A stretch of DNA of 64,000 nt from an uncultured Marmoricola sp. (GTDB lineage: Bacteria > Actinomycetota > Actinomycetes > Propionibacteriales > Nocardioidaceae), in contig CALMLL010000074.1 in the NCBI GenBank assembly GCA_937868075.1, positions 8,091 to 72,090 of the forward strand. Direction: 5' to 3'. The notes under the pieces were generated by a model. The model was not told where the DNA came from and ran no database searches. It saw only the letters and a program-made list of their open reading frames with translations. Made by a program: the position numbers and the translations under genes. Below, in pieces: positions 48,532-60,565 of this stretch; position 1 is the stretch's first letter; every line of letters begins with the position of its first letter.

Positions 48532-49394
48532 TCGGTCGGGAGCCGACCGAACCGACGCCGCGAGCGCTCCTTCAGGATGCGAGAGCGCGACTGGCGGAGG
48601 CCGGGGTCTCCTCGCCGGACTTCGATGCCGCCGAGTTGCTGGCCCACGTTCTGGGAGTACGCCGGGGTGAGCTGCTCCTTCGTGAGCACCCGGTCGACCC
48701 GGACGAGGCGGCGGCTTTCGGCGTACTCATCCAGCGGCGGGCGGACCGGGTGCCGCTGCAGCATCTGACCGGTGTGGCGGGGTTCCGCACGGTCGAGCTT
48801 GCTGTCGGGCCAGGGGTCTTCGTGCCTCGACCCGAGACCGAACTCCTCGCTGGCTGGGCAATCGAGCACGCACAGGGCATCCCGGAACCGGTGATCGTCG
48901 ACCTGTGCACCGGATCGGGGGCCATGGCGGTGAGCATCGCCGCCGAACTGCCCGGCGCCCGCGTCCATGCGGTGGAACTCGACCCCGGCGCCCACGCCTG
49001 GGCCGAGCGAAATGTCGCTGGCACCGGCGTGGACCTGCGCCTAGGCGACATGGCCGATGCCTTTGCCGACCTGGATGGACGCGTCGATGTGGTGGTCGGA
49101 AACCCGCCCTACATCCCGCTCGAGGCTTGGGAGAGCGTCGCCGCTGAGGCGAGGGACCACGATCCGTCGCTCGCGCTGTGGTCGAGTGGTGACGGACTCG
49201 ACGCGATGCGGGTCCTGGAAGCCACCGCTGCCCGTCTGCTGGCTCCGGGAGGCGTCGTGGGTGCTGAGCACGCCGACGTGCAAGGGCAATCGGCACCGGC
49301 GGTCTTCACCGCCACGGGCCGATGGGCCGAAGTCCGCGATCACCGCGACCTGGCAGGTCGTCCGCGCTTCGTCACAGCGAGGCTGGCACGATGA
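48528..49394 (+). CDS. prmC: Release factor glutamine methyltransferase
   Basis: [21 protein letters not shown]; GTGA overlap with prfA. Confidence 0.95.
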   Translation: MIGREPTEPTPRALLQDARARLAEAGVSSPDFDAAELLAHVLGVRRGELLLREHPVDPDEAAAFGVLIQRRADRVPLQHLTGVAGFRTVELAVGPGVFVPRPETELLAGWAIEHAQGIPEPVIVDLCTGSGAMAVSIAAELPGARVHAVELDPGAHAWAERNVAGTGVDLRLGDMADAFADLDGRVDVVVGNPPYIPLEAWESVAAEARDHDPSLALWSSGDGLDAMRVLEATAARLLAPGGVVGAEHADVQGQSAPAVFTATGRWAEVRDHRDLAGRPRFVTARLAR

Positions 49395-50062
49395 CCGATG
49401 TGAGTGCGCGTTTCGACATGAGCGACGAGGTTGCCGCGGCCGAGGGCTTTGCAGCGGCCGCCGTTGCCGTTCACCGGGGTGAGGTCATCGTGATGCCCAC
49501 CGACACGGTGTACGGCGTCGCCGCCGACGCGTTCAAACCCGAGGCCGTGAGCCGACTGCTGGAGGTCAAGGGTCGGGGTCGGCAGATGCCGCCACCGGTG
49601 TTGGTCAGTTCGGTCGACACTCTCGGGGCGTTGACCACCGACGTGCCGGCCTGGGCGATGGCTCTGGTCGAACAGTTCTGGCCGGGCTCCCTCACCCTGG
49701 TCTGTCATGAGCAGGGCTCGTTGACCTGGGACCTCGGTGAGACCCGCGGCACCGTGGCGGTGCGCATGCCCGATCACGCGGTGGCGCTGGAGTTGCTGCG
49801 GCGCACCGGCCCCTTGGCGGTGAGCTCGGCGAACCTGTCGGGCATGCCTGCGGCCAGCGACGCCGACCGAGCCGAGGAGATGCTCGGTCAACGAGTCTCG
49901 GTGATCCTCGACGGTGGACCGACGGGGGAGGAGACTCCCTCGACCATCGTCGATTGCACCGGTGAGGCTGCCCGAATCCTTCGTGAAGGTGGGGTCACTT
50001 CTGCCGAGATTCGGCGCGTGGTCGAAGAGGCGGGTGGCTCGCTGGAGGACGCCGATGCGTGA
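49391..50062 (+). CDS. tsaC: L-threonylcarbamoyladenylate synthase (Sua5/YrdC)
   Basis: PTDTVYG, KGR, VRMPDH, SSANLSG, STIVD. Confidence 0.95.
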   Translation: MTDVSARFDMSDEVAAAEGFAAAAVAVHRGEVIVMPTDTVYGVAADAFKPEAVSRLLEVKGRGRQMPPPVLVSSVDTLGALTTDVPAWAMALVEQFWPGSLTLVCHEQGSLTWDLGETRGTVAVRMPDHAVALELLRRTGPLAVSSANLSGMPAASDADRAEEMLGQRVSVILDGGPTGEETPSTIVDCTGEAARILREGGVTSAEIRRVVEEAGGSLEDADA

Positions 50063-51170
50063 GTATCTCGTCGTCTTCCTCGTTGCCGCGACAATCAGCT
50101 ACCTGCTCTGTGTGCTGGCTCGCGAACTGGCCGGCTGGGCCGGTGCCGTCGCCCAGGTGCGCGACCGCGACGTGCACGACATCCCGATCCCGTACTTCGG
50201 TGGGGTCGCCATGCTCGGCGGACTGGCCGCCGGATACCTCGTCGCGACCAAGCTCCCGTTCCTCTCTCTTGCCGGCGGCTACGTCTTCCACGACGCCGGG
50301 GTGGTGGTGATCGCCGGAGCGGTGATCTGCGCGGTCGGGGTGCTTGACGACATCTATGAACTGGATGCGTTGACCAAGCTCGGCGGCCAGATCGTGGCTG
50401 CGGGGTTGTTGGTGCTCAACGGGGTGCAGTTCTACTCCTTCAACTCCGGGTCGGAGCAGATCGTGCTCGACCCGGCGCTGAGCATGGCGCTGTCGATCTT
50501 CCTGGTCGTCGGCACGGCCAACGCAGTCAACTTCGTCGACGGGCTGGACGGTCTTGCGGCCGGCATCGTCGGCATCGGCGCGGTGGCCTTCTTCGTGTTC
50601 AGCTACAAGTTGGCCGATGTGAACGGCGAGACACTGGCGGTGACTGCTGCCTTGTTGTGCGCAGCAGTGGCCGGTGCCTGTGCCGGCTTCCTGCCCCACA
50701 ACTTCTCCCCGGCGCGCATCTTCATGGGCGACTCCGGGTCGATGCTGCTGGGCCTGGTGCTCTCCGCGTCCGCGCTGACGCTCACGGGTCAGTTCAGCAA
50801 CATCGATGTGGGGAGTGGATCGGCCAACACCTGGGTGCTGTTCCTGCCGGCCTTGCTGCCGATCTCGATCCTGATGATCCCGTTCCTCGACCTGGTGCTG
50901 GCCGTCGTACGCCGCACCCGGCGGGGGCAGATGTTCTATCACCCCGACAAACAGCACCTGCACCACCGCCTGCTCGACATTGGCCACTCCCAGCGCCGCG
51001 CGGTGTTGATCATGTGGTCCTGGGTCGCCCTGATCGGGTTCGGACTGGTCGGGGTGAGTCTGTATCCGGGGGTGTGGACTTTCGTGGCGATCGGTGTCGG
51101 TGCGGTGGCGATCGCTGCCCTCACGTGGTTGCTGCCCAAATGGCACCGCCCCGGAGAAGCGATCTCCTGA
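50055..51170 (+). CDS. wecA: MraY-like glycosyltransferase family 4 (UDP-GlcNAc:polyprenyl-P GlcNAc-1-P transferase)
   Basis: GVLDDIY, NAVNFVDGLDGLA, FMGDSGS, HLHHRL; about 11 TM helices. Confidence 0.9.
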   Translation: MREYLVVFLVAATISYLLCVLARELAGWAGAVAQVRDRDVHDIPIPYFGGVAMLGGLAAGYLVATKLPFLSLAGGYVFHDAGVVVIAGAVICAVGVLDDIYELDALTKLGGQIVAAGLLVLNGVQFYSFNSGSEQIVLDPALSMALSIFLVVGTANAVNFVDGLDGLAAGIVGIGAVAFFVFSYKLADVNGETLAVTAALLCAAVAGACAGFLPHNFSPARIFMGDSGSMLLGLVLSASALTLTGQFSNIDVGSGSANTWVLFLPALLPISILMIPFLDLVLAVVRRTRRGQMFYHPDKQHLHHRLLDIGHSQRRAVLIMWSWVALIGFGLVGVSLYPGVWTFVAIGVGAVAIAALTWLLPKWHRPGEAIS

Positions 51171-51213
51171 CCCTCGGCTCGCGGGCCGTTCGGCCGGATG
51201 TGGCCGGTTCCAA

Positions 51214-51237
51214 AGTTTGTGCTATTTTTCACAAACT
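51214..51237. promoter_or_regulatory. AT-rich inverted repeat / CRP-type site upstream of the atp operon
   Basis: AGTTTGTG-CTATTTTT-CACAAACT, containing TGTGC-N6-TCACA. Confidence 0.65.
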
Positions 51238-51262
51238 CCCGCACCCGACCCGGAATCCTCCT

Positions 51263-51727
51263 ATGACGACGACCGCACCTGCTGCCGCCTCTCGAGGTGG
51301 GCGAGTGTTTGCGATGACGCTGGTCTGGGTGCTCGTGGGCGCCGCCATCTTGGTGACCACGGCGGCGGTTGTCTCCGGTCCGCCAGCGGCCAGGGGAGCG
51401 GCCACCGGGGCAGCCCTTGTGGTGATCTTCTTCGGCTTCGGAGCACTGGTGTTGCAGGTGATCGCCCGCGTGATGCCCGCGTTGGCGCTGCTTGTGGCCC
51501 TGTTGACGTACACCTTGCAGGTGCTTGGCATCGGACTCGCGTTCGTGTTGTTGCGACGCTCCGGAATGCTGGGCGACGTACTCGATCCAACGTGGCTGAG
51601 TGCGAGCATGCTCGCCCTCACGGTGGTCTGGCTGATCGGTCATGTGCGGGCTGCATCCACCGCCAGGATCCCGGCCTTCGACCCGGTGTCGGAGCCCTCG
51701 AGCGAGCAAGGGCCGAGTGCGAGTTGA
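51263..51727 (+). CDS. atpI: ATP synthase protein I-like membrane protein (4 TM)
   Basis: Four hydrophobic helices directly upstream of the atp genes. Confidence 0.6.
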   Translation: MTTTAPAAASRGGRVFAMTLVWVLVGAAILVTTAAVVSGPPAARGAATGAALVVIFFGFGALVLQVIARVMPALALLVALLTYTLQVLGIGLAFVLLRRSGMLGDVLDPTWLSASMLALTVVWLIGHVRAASTARIPAFDPVSEPSSEQGPSAS

Positions 51728-51757
51728 GGGCCAATCACTGCTATTGTCCGGACCGCG

Positions 51758-51991
51758 ATGTCCGACGAGGAAACCCCCAGTTCATCCCCGCCGGAACGCC
51801 CCAAAGGGGATCCGTGGAATGCCTTCGGATACCTGGTCGCGGGGGTTCTGATGTACGGCCTGATCGGCGGTCTGCTCGACCGATGGTTGGGGACCTCCTT
51901 CCTCGTCGTCATCGGCATCTTGTTTGGGGCAGGATTAGGTCTCTACATGACCTGGGTGCGGTTCAACGCGAACGGCCACGGGGAGCAGTAG
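51758..51991 (+). CDS. AtpZ/AtpI family 2-TM protein
   Basis: YLVAGVLMYGLIGGLLDRWLGT...GILFGAGLGLY pattern, upstream of atpB. Confidence 0.8.
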   Translation: MSDEETPSSSPPERPKGDPWNAFGYLVAGVLMYGLIGGLLDRWLGTSFLVVIGILFGAGLGLYMTWVRFNANGHGEQ

Positions 51992-52028
51992 AGGCATTGG
52001 CAGTGATCGTGACGACACAGGAGACGCA

Positions 52029-52817
52029 GTGAGCCTGACATCGATGCTCATCGTGGCGACCGAGGGCTTCACCCCTCCCGGCCCAGGCGACTTCGAACTG
52101 CCCGGTTTCTTCGGCACCAGCGTGACCAAACCGATGCTGCAACTGGTCCTGGCGGCGATCGTCGTGGTCGGCTTCTTCTACCTCGCCTCCCGTCGCGGCG
52201 CCATGGTCCCCGGCAAGTTGCAGTACGTCGGCGAGAGCGCCTACGGCATGGTGCGCAACTCGATCGGGCGCGACATCATCGGCAGCCACGACTTCATGAA
52301 GTTCGTGCCCTACCTCTTCGCGATCTTCTTCTTCCTGCTCCTGAACAACCTCTTCGGCTCGATCCCGGGCATCCAGTTCCCGACCTTCTCGAGGGCCTCG
52401 ATGGCCTATGCGTTGGCCGCGCTGAGCTGGATCATCTACAACGCCGTCGGGATCAAGAAGCACGGCGCCCTGGGCTACCTCAAGCTCCAGAGCGTCCCCT
52501 CGGGCGTCAAAGGCCCGATCCTGCTGCTCTTGGTGCCGCTGGAGTTCTTCTCCAACATCTTGGTTCGTCCGGTCACACTGGCGCTTCGTCTTTTCGCCAA
52601 CATGTTCGCCGGGCACATCTTGCTGATCCTGTTCGCCACCGGCGGCGAATACATGCTTATCCACGGTGCCGCGCTGATCAAGCCTGTCGGCGTCCTGGCC
52701 TGGGTGCTGGCGATCGCGATCAGCTTCCTCGAACTCCTGGTGCAGTTCCTCCAGGCCTACGTCTTCACCCTGCTCAACGCGATGTACATCCAAGGCGCTC
52801 TCGCCGACGAACACTGA
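52029..52817 (+). CDS. atpB: F0 subunit a
   Basis: [27 protein letters not shown]. Confidence 0.97.
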   Translation: MSLTSMLIVATEGFTPPGPGDFELPGFFGTSVTKPMLQLVLAAIVVVGFFYLASRRGAMVPGKLQYVGESAYGMVRNSIGRDIIGSHDFMKFVPYLFAIFFFLLLNNLFGSIPGIQFPTFSRASMAYALAALSWIIYNAVGIKKHGALGYLKLQSVPSGVKGPILLLLVPLEFFSNILVRPVTLALRLFANMFAGHILLILFATGGEYMLIHGAALIKPVGVLAWVLAIAISFLELLVQFLQAYVFTLLNAMYIQGALADEH

Positions 52818-52825
52818 TCTTCCTC

Positions 52826-52837
52826 CGGCGTACGCCG
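52826..52837. repeat. Intergenic perfect copy of CGGCGTACGCCG (atpB-atpE spacer)
   Basis: Non-coding copy of the dispersed palindrome, extendable as CCTC-CGGCGTACGCCG-AAGG. Confidence 0.65.
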
Positions 52838-52894
52838 AAGGCTGAAGCAACAACTGAACACACGACAAGTGCAATAACCGAAAGGAACGAAGCC

Positions 52895-53101
52895 ATGTCC
52901 GGCTCCGCAAACATGATCGGCTACGGCCTGGCCGCCATCGGCCCTGGTATTGGTATCGGTCTGATCTTCGCCGCTTACATCAACGGCGTTGCCCGTCAGC
53001 CCGAGGCCCAGAGCCGCTTGCAGTCGATCGCGATTCTTGGCTTCGCGCTCGCTGAGGCGCTCGCCATCATCGGTATCGCCCTCGCCTTCGTCCTCAAGTG
53101 A
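52895..53101 (+). CDS. atpE: F0 subunit c (H+-type)
   Basis: GxGxGxG helix, RQPE loop, essential Glu in ALAEAL; lacks the Na+ signature residues. Confidence 0.97.
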   Translation: MSGSANMIGYGLAAIGPGIGIGLIFAAYINGVARQPEAQSRLQSIAILGFALAEALAIIGIALAFVLK

Positions 53102-53652
53102 TGAAGCCGCTCGTTGTCCTAGCGGCTGCGGCCGAAGGCGAGCCCAATCCGCTCGCCTTCCACCTCACCGAGTTCTTGTTGGCCCTGGTCGTCTTCGGGA
53201 TCTTGTACTTCCTGATGAAGACCAAGGTCGTGCCGAACTTCGAGAAGACCTTCTCCGAGCGCACCGCCGCGATCGAGGGTGGCCTTCAGGCGGCCGAATC
53301 CAAGCAGGCCGAGGTCGACGCCAAGATGGCCGCGCTCGAGAAGCAACTCGGCGATGCCCGTCACGAAGCAGCGCGCATCCGCGAGGAAGCCCGCGAGCAG
53401 GGGGCCGCGATCGTCGCCGAACTCCGCGCTCAGGGCCAGGCCGAGCAGGCTCGCATCATCGAGGCCGGCAAGGCCCAGATCAGCGCCGAGCGGCAGCAGG
53501 CGGCGACCTCGCTCAAGGCCGAAGTCGGCTCGTTGGCGACGTCGTTGGCCGGCAAGATCGTCGGGGAGAGCCTGGATGACGACGCGCGCAGCAGCCGTGT
53601 TGTCGACCGGTTCCTGGCCGACCTCGAAGCTCACCAGCAGGGAGCGAACTGA
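53101..53652 (+). CDS. atpF: F0 subunit b
   Basis: One TM helix then ERTAAIEGGL coiled coil; operon position. Confidence 0.95.
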   Translation: MKPLVVLAAAAEGEPNPLAFHLTEFLLALVVFGILYFLMKTKVVPNFEKTFSERTAAIEGGLQAAESKQAEVDAKMAALEKQLGDARHEAARIREEAREQGAAIVAELRAQGQAEQARIIEAGKAQISAERQQAATSLKAEVGSLATSLAGKIVGESLDDDARSSRVVDRFLADLEAHQQGAN

Positions 53653-54449
53653 TGATGCGAGGTGCTTCGGCAGACGCACTGGCCGGCTTGGGCGATCTGC
53701 TCAAGAAGGTCGGCGCCTCCGACGAGGCGGCAGTGGGCACCGACCTGTTCGGGGTTGCCGGGATGTTGCGAGGCGAGGCCGGCTTACGCCGGGTCGCCAC
53801 CGACGCCTCGATCGACTCCTCAGCCAAGTCGGGCCTGGTGTCTTCGTTGTTGCAGGGCAAAGTCGGACAAGCGGCGCTGGACCTCGTGGCCAACGCCGTG
53901 GGGCGCAGGTGGACTGCCACCCGCGACCTGGCCGACGCGCTGGAGCACCTCGGTGTCGTCTCGGTGGTTCGCTCGGCGGGTGACAAGAAGCGGCTTGCCG
54001 ATGAGCTGTTCGAGGTGCGCAGCATGATCGACGACTCCCGCGATCTGCGCAGTGCGCTGTCCGACCCGGCCCGCAGCACCTCCGACAAGCAAGCCCTGCT
54101 CAGCGGTTTGCTCGACGGCAAGGTGCTCGCGGCCACGATGACGCTGGTGCACCAGGCCCTGGCCGGCACGCACCGCACTATCGGCACCGCGATCGAGTCC
54201 TACCAATCGATCGCCGCCGATGTGTACGACGAGTCGGTAGCCACGGTGCGCACCGCCAAGCCGCTCTCCGACCACGACATCACGCGGTTGACCGCGGCGC
54301 TGAGTGCCCACTACGGCACCGACGTGCACCTCAACGTCGTGGTCGACCCCGACCTGGTCGGTGGATTGCGAGTCGACATCGGTGACGACGTCATCGACGG
54401 CTCGGTCTCCAGCCGACTCGACGACGCCCGCCGCAAGCTCGCGGGCTGA
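53652..54449 (+). CDS. atpH: F1 subunit delta
   Basis: VDPDLVGGLRVDIGDDVIDGSV C-terminus; long actinobacterial form. Confidence 0.95.
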   Translation: MMRGASADALAGLGDLLKKVGASDEAAVGTDLFGVAGMLRGEAGLRRVATDASIDSSAKSGLVSSLLQGKVGQAALDLVANAVGRRWTATRDLADALEHLGVVSVVRSAGDKKRLADELFEVRSMIDDSRDLRSALSDPARSTSDKQALLSGLLDGKVLAATMTLVHQALAGTHRTIGTAIESYQSIAADVYDESVATVRTAKPLSDHDITRLTAALSAHYGTDVHLNVVVDPDLVGGLRVDIGDDVIDGSVSSRLDDARRKLAG

Positions 54450-54488
54450 CCCAGACCAAATCACGCCACCACAGAAGAGGACGAGGAA

Positions 54489-56132
54489 ATGACGGAGCTG
54501 TCAATCCGTCCCGAGGACATCCGGGACGCTCTGCAGCGCTTTGTGGCCGACTACAAGCCCGAGGCCGCCAGCAAGGAAGAGGTCGGCACCGTGGCCGAGG
54601 CTGCGGACGGCATCGCCCGTGTTGCTGGCTTGCCCAGCGCCATGGCCAACGAGCTGCTCGAGTTCGAGGACGGCACCCTGGGGATCGCCCTCAACCTCGA
54701 CACCCGCGAGATCGGTGTCGTCGTCCTGGGTGACTTCGACAAGATCCAAGAGGGCCAGGCCGTCCGGCGTACGGGCGAGATCCTCTCGGTCCCCGTGGGC
54801 GACGGCTTCATGGGCCGCGTGGTCGACCCGCTGGGCAACCCGATCGACGGCCTGGGCGAAATCGTCTCCGAAGAGCGCCGCGCCCTGGAGTTGCAGGCCC
54901 CCTCGGTGATGCAGCGCAAGTCGGTGCACGAGCCCCTGGCGACCGGGATCAAGGCCATCGACGCCATGACCCCGATCGGGCGTGGCCAGCGTCAGCTGAT
55001 CATCGGCGACCGCGCGACCGGCAAGACCACGATCGCGATCGACACGATCATCAACCAGTTGCAGAACTGGAAGACCGGGGACCCCGACAAGCAGGTGCGC
55101 TGCATCTATGTCGCGATCGGTCAGAAGGGCTCCACCATCGCCTCGGTGCGCGGCGCCCTCGAAGAGGCCGGTGCCCTGGAGTACACCACGATCGTGGCTG
55201 CTCCGGCCTCCGACAGCGCCGGCTTCAAGTACCTCGCCCCCTACACCGGTTCGGCCATCGGCCAGCACTGGATGTACGCCGGCAAGCACGTGCTGATCGT
55301 CTTCGACGACCTCACCAAGCAGGCCGAGGCCTACCGCGCCGTGTCGCTGCTGCTTCGTCGCCCGCCGGGCCGCGAGGCCTACCCCGGCGACGTGTTCTAC
55401 CTGCACAGCCGCCTCCTGGAGCGCTGCGCGAAGCTGTCTGACGAGATGGGCCACGGCTCGATGACGGGTCTGCCGATCATCGAGACCAAGGCCAACGACG
55501 TGTCGGCCTACATCCCGACCAACGTCATCTCCATCACCGACGGCCAGATCTTCTTGCAGTCCGACCTGTTCGCCGCCAACCAGCGCCCGGCCATCGACGT
55601 TGGTGTGTCGGTCTCCCGTGTGGGTGGCGCGGCCATGACCAAGGCCATGAAGACCGTGACCGGTTCGCTCAAGGTCGACCTGGCCCAGTTCCGCGCGATG
55701 GAAGCCTTCGCGATGTTCGCCTCCGACCTCGACGCGGCCTCGCGTCAGCAGTTGGACCGCGGCCAGCGCCTCATGGCTCTGCTCAAGCAGCCGGCCTACT
55801 CGCCCTACCCGTTGGCCGAGATGACCGTCTCGCTGTGGCTGGGCACCTCCGGCCGGCTCGACCGGGTCCCCACCGAAGACGTCTTGCGCTTCGAGCAGGA
55901 GTTCTTGGACTTCTTGCGTCGCTCCCACGAGCGGGTGCTCAACACCATCACCGAGACCCAGAAGTTCGAGGAGGACACCGCCGGATCCTGCGCTGGGGCG
56001 TACGAGGAGTTCCTGAACCAGTTCGAAACCTCCGACGGCAAGTCCATCAAGCCGGGCACCGACCCCAAGGCTGAGGCGCTGACCGACGATGAGGTCGAGC
56101 AGGAGCAGATCGTTAAGCAGAAGCGAGGCTGA
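54489..56132 (+). CDS. atpA: F1 subunit alpha
   Basis: [37 protein letters not shown]. Confidence 0.98.
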   Translation: MTELSIRPEDIRDALQRFVADYKPEAASKEEVGTVAEAADGIARVAGLPSAMANELLEFEDGTLGIALNLDTREIGVVVLGDFDKIQEGQAVRRTGEILSVPVGDGFMGRVVDPLGNPIDGLGEIVSEERRALELQAPSVMQRKSVHEPLATGIKAIDAMTPIGRGQRQLIIGDRATGKTTIAIDTIINQLQNWKTGDPDKQVRCIYVAIGQKGSTIASVRGALEEAGALEYTTIVAAPASDSAGFKYLAPYTGSAIGQHWMYAGKHVLIVFDDLTKQAEAYRAVSLLLRRPPGREAYPGDVFYLHSRLLERCAKLSDEMGHGSMTGLPIIETKANDVSAYIPTNVISITDGQIFLQSDLFAANQRPAIDVGVSVSRVGGAAMTKAMKTVTGSLKVDLAQFRAMEAFAMFASDLDAASRQQLDRGQRLMALLKQPAYSPYPLAEMTVSLWLGTSGRLDRVPTEDVLRFEQEFLDFLRRSHERVLNTITETQKFEEDTAGSCAGAYEEFLNQFETSDGKSIKPGTDPKAEALTDDEVEQEQIVKQKRG

Positions 56133-56135
56133 CCA

Positions 56136-57065
56136 ATGGCAGTATCCCTGCGCGAGTATCGCGCGCGGATCCGGTCGGTGGAGTCCACCAAGAAGATCAC
56201 GCGCGCGATGGAACTCATCGCGGCTTCACGCGTGGTCAAGGCACAGCAGCGGGCCGCGGCGGCAGCGCCGTACGCACGTGAGCTGACCAGGGCGGTCAGT
56301 GCCGTGGCGACGTACTCCAACGTCGATCACGCGCTGACGACCGAACCCGACCGTGGCGACCGGGCGGCGATCCTGATCGTCACCAGCGACCGTGGTCTGG
56401 CCGGTGCCTACTCCTCCAGCATCTTGAAGGAGGCCGAGCGGCTGCTGGAGCGGTTGCGCTCGGAGGACAAGACGATCGACGTCTACATCACCGGCCGCAA
56501 GGGCGAGGCCTACTACAAGTTCCGCCAGCGGCCGGTCGTCAAGGTCTGGACCGGCTTCAGCGACCAGCCGACCTACGAGGTCGCCGACGAGGTGGGCGAG
56601 GCCCTGATCGCGGCCTTCATGGCAGGTGAGGCCGAGGGTGGCGCCAACATCTTCCCCGGCGTCGACGAGGTCCACCTGGTCTACACCCGCTACAAGTCGA
56701 TGCTGGTCCAAGAGCCGGTTGCCCTGCGGCTGCTGCCGCTGGAGGTCGTCGAAGGGGAGGCCCCGCCCGAGAAGGACGAGGTGCTCCCGCTCTACGAGTT
56801 CGAGCCGTCGGCCGCCGAGGTGCTCGACCAACTGCTGCCGCGTTACGTCAAGAGCCGCATCTTCTTTGCGTTCTTGCAGGCCGCGGCTTCGGAACTTGCG
56901 GCTCGACAGAAGGCGATGAAGTCGGCCACCGACAACGCCGAAGAGCTCATCAAGAAGTACACCCGTATTGCCAACCAGGCCCGCCAGGCCGGCATTACCC
57001 AAGAGATCAGCGAGATCGTCGGAGGCGTCAACGCGCTGGCCGACGCGACCGCCGGCCACGACTAA
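56136..57065 (+). CDS. atpG: F1 subunit gamma
   Basis: [35 protein letters not shown]. Confidence 0.97.
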   Translation: MAVSLREYRARIRSVESTKKITRAMELIAASRVVKAQQRAAAAAPYARELTRAVSAVATYSNVDHALTTEPDRGDRAAILIVTSDRGLAGAYSSSILKEAERLLERLRSEDKTIDVYITGRKGEAYYKFRQRPVVKVWTGFSDQPTYEVADEVGEALIAAFMAGEAEGGANIFPGVDEVHLVYTRYKSMLVQEPVALRLLPLEVVEGEAPPEKDEVLPLYEFEPSAAEVLDQLLPRYVKSRIFFAFLQAAASELAARQKAMKSATDNAEELIKKYTRIANQARQAGITQEISEIVGGVNALADATAGHD

Positions 57066-58540
<1,475 letters not shown>

Positions 58541-58541
<1 letters not shown>

Positions 58542-58933
58542 TGGCCGACTCCCTGCGCGTCGAACTCGTCGCCGCCGACCGGCTGGTGTGGTCGGGTGAG
58601 GCCCAGCGGGTCATCGCCCGAACCACCGAAGGCGACGTTGGCATCCTGCCCAATCACGCCCCGATGCTGGCGGTGACGGTCGATGGTGTCGTCGACGTAC
58701 TGACCACTGACGGGGAGACCTGGGTGGCTGCGGTCGACGCGGGGTTCCTCTCGGTGGCTCACAACCGGGTCTCGATCCTGTCCGAGCGAGCCGAGATGAG
58801 TCACGAGATCGACCTGGAGAAGGCCCGCAAGGACCTCGAGCGAGCCAAGGCATCGGGAGCCAACGAGGACGAGGCATCCGAGGCCGTCCGACAGGCCGAG
58901 GCTCGAATCCGGGCCGCGGAGCGGGCTTCCTAG
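58541..58933 (+). CDS. atpC: F1 subunit epsilon
   Basis: GDVGILPNHAP, DAGFLSV; TGATG overlap with atpD. Confidence 0.95.
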
Positions 58934-58952
58934 GACCGCTGGGGCATCGAGG

Positions 58953-59393
58953 ATGACGCTATGGGAGTGGCTGGCTGATTCCGCCGGAGTGATCCTCGCC
59001 CTCGCCGCCCTCGGCCTGCTCGCCCTCTTCGTACGCCGACGCCTGCTCACCCGCAACGGCGGCACCTTCGAGTTGTCCCACCGCGTCCGCCCAGGTCAAG
59101 GGGGCCGCGGCTGGGTCCTCGGTCTGGGTCGCTATGAGGGCAACCAGTTGCAGTGGTTCCGGATCTTCTCGTTCCGGCCGACCCCACACCTGGTGTGGCA
59201 GCGCGAAGACCTGCAATACCTCAGCACCCGTGAACCCACCTCCGCCGAGGCGGTCGCCCTTTTCGGCGGACACGTGGTCGTGGTGTGCACGCTGCGGGGT
59301 GGTTCCATCGACCTGGCCATGAGCCCCGACGCCCTGACCGGCTTCCAGTCATGGCTGGAGGCCTCGCCGCCAGGATCCGGACTACCCACCTGA
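58953..59393 (+). CDS. DUF2550 family protein
   Basis: N-terminal TM helix, RRRLL..GGTF, GWVLGLGRY, LQWFRIFS, ALTGFQSWLE; position after atpC. Confidence 0.85.
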   Translation: MTLWEWLADSAGVILALAALGLLALFVRRRLLTRNGGTFELSHRVRPGQGGRGWVLGLGRYEGNQLQWFRIFSFRPTPHLVWQREDLQYLSTREPTSAEAVALFGGHVVVVCTLRGGSIDLAMSPDALTGFQSWLEASPPGSGLPT

Positions 59394-60544
59394 TGCGGCT
59401 GGATGCTCGCTGGGCAGTTGCTGCGAGTTTCTTCCTCAACGGCTTCGCGTTGGCCTCCTGGGTGTCGAGGGTGCCGCACATGCGCGACCAGCTCCAGCTG
59501 TCCAACTCGTCGCTGGGACTCCTCCTGTTGTGCGCGGCCCTCGCGTCGGTCATCGGGCTTCCGGCCTCGGCGCCGCTGATCGCCCGCTGGGGCGTCGCGG
59601 CGGTCGTCCGGGCGGGTTCAGTGATGGTGGCCGTCGGCATCGTCGGCTTGGGGACAGGGGTCTTCGCCGGCACTGTCGTGCTGGCGGCGGGGTCGCTGGC
59701 GGTCTATGGCATGGGCACCGCCGTGTGGGACATCTCGATGAACGTCGAGGCAGCCGCCGTCGAACAGTCGCTGGGACGTTCGATCATGCCTCGCTTCCAT
59801 GCGGCCTTCAGCCTCGGCACGGTGGCGGGCGCCGGCTCGGGCGCGGCCGCGGTGGCGCTCGGACTGTCGATGCCCTGGCACATGCTGGTCATCGCGGCTG
59901 CAGTTCTGACACTGTCGCTGACCTCGGCCCGCCACTTCCTGCTCAGTCAGGCGCCTGAGGACTCCCGCAGTGGGGCCGCACAGGCGTGGCGTGAGCCGCA
60001 CGTCCTGTTGATCGGGCTCATGGTGCTGGCTCTCGCCCTGACCGAGGGGGTGGCCAACGACTGGCTCGCCCTGGCACTCAAAGACGGATACGGGGTCTCC
60101 GAACCGCTGGCCGTGCTCGGCTTCGCGACGTTCCTGGCCTCGATGACGGTGGGCCGGATGGTCGGACCAGTCCTTCTGGACCGCTTCGGCCGCGTCCCGG
60201 TGCTGTGGTCGACGATGGCTCTGGCCGCCCTCGGGGTGCTCGCGGTGGTGCTCGGCCAGCAGCCAGTGCTCGTCGTAGCCGGGATCGTGATGTGGGGACT
60301 GGGTGCCTCACTCGGCTTCCCGGTGGGGATGTCGGCGGCGGCCGACGATCCGCAGAAGGCGGCGGCTCGGGTCTCGGTGGTCTCCACTCTCGGGTACGCC
60401 GCGTTCTTGATGGGACCTCCGCTGCTCGGATTCCTTGCCGACCACGTCGGAGTCCTGCACGCGTTGCTGGTGATCTCGGTGCTGTTGGTCCCCGCAGCGC
60501 TGGTGGTGCCGTCGGCGAGGGAGCGCACCCAAACCCTCACCTAG
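59393..60544 (+). CDS. MFS transporter
   Basis: About 12 TM helices, LLDRFGR loop motif, DISMNVEA, EGVANDW; TGATG overlap with DUF2550. Confidence 0.9.
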   Translation: MRLDARWAVAASFFLNGFALASWVSRVPHMRDQLQLSNSSLGLLLLCAALASVIGLPASAPLIARWGVAAVVRAGSVMVAVGIVGLGTGVFAGTVVLAAGSLAVYGMGTAVWDISMNVEAAAVEQSLGRSIMPRFHAAFSLGTVAGAGSGAAAVALGLSMPWHMLVIAAAVLTLSLTSARHFLLSQAPEDSRSGAAQAWREPHVLLIGLMVLALALTEGVANDWLALALKDGYGVSEPLAVLGFATFLASMTVGRMVGPVLLDRFGRVPVLWSTMALAALGVLAVVLGQQPVLVVAGIVMWGLGASLGFPVGMSAAADDPQKAAARVSVVSTLGYAAFLMGPPLLGFLADHVGVLHALLVISVLLVPAALVVPSARERTQTLT

Positions 60545-60565
60545 GGATGGGCTACCGAACTGGGC

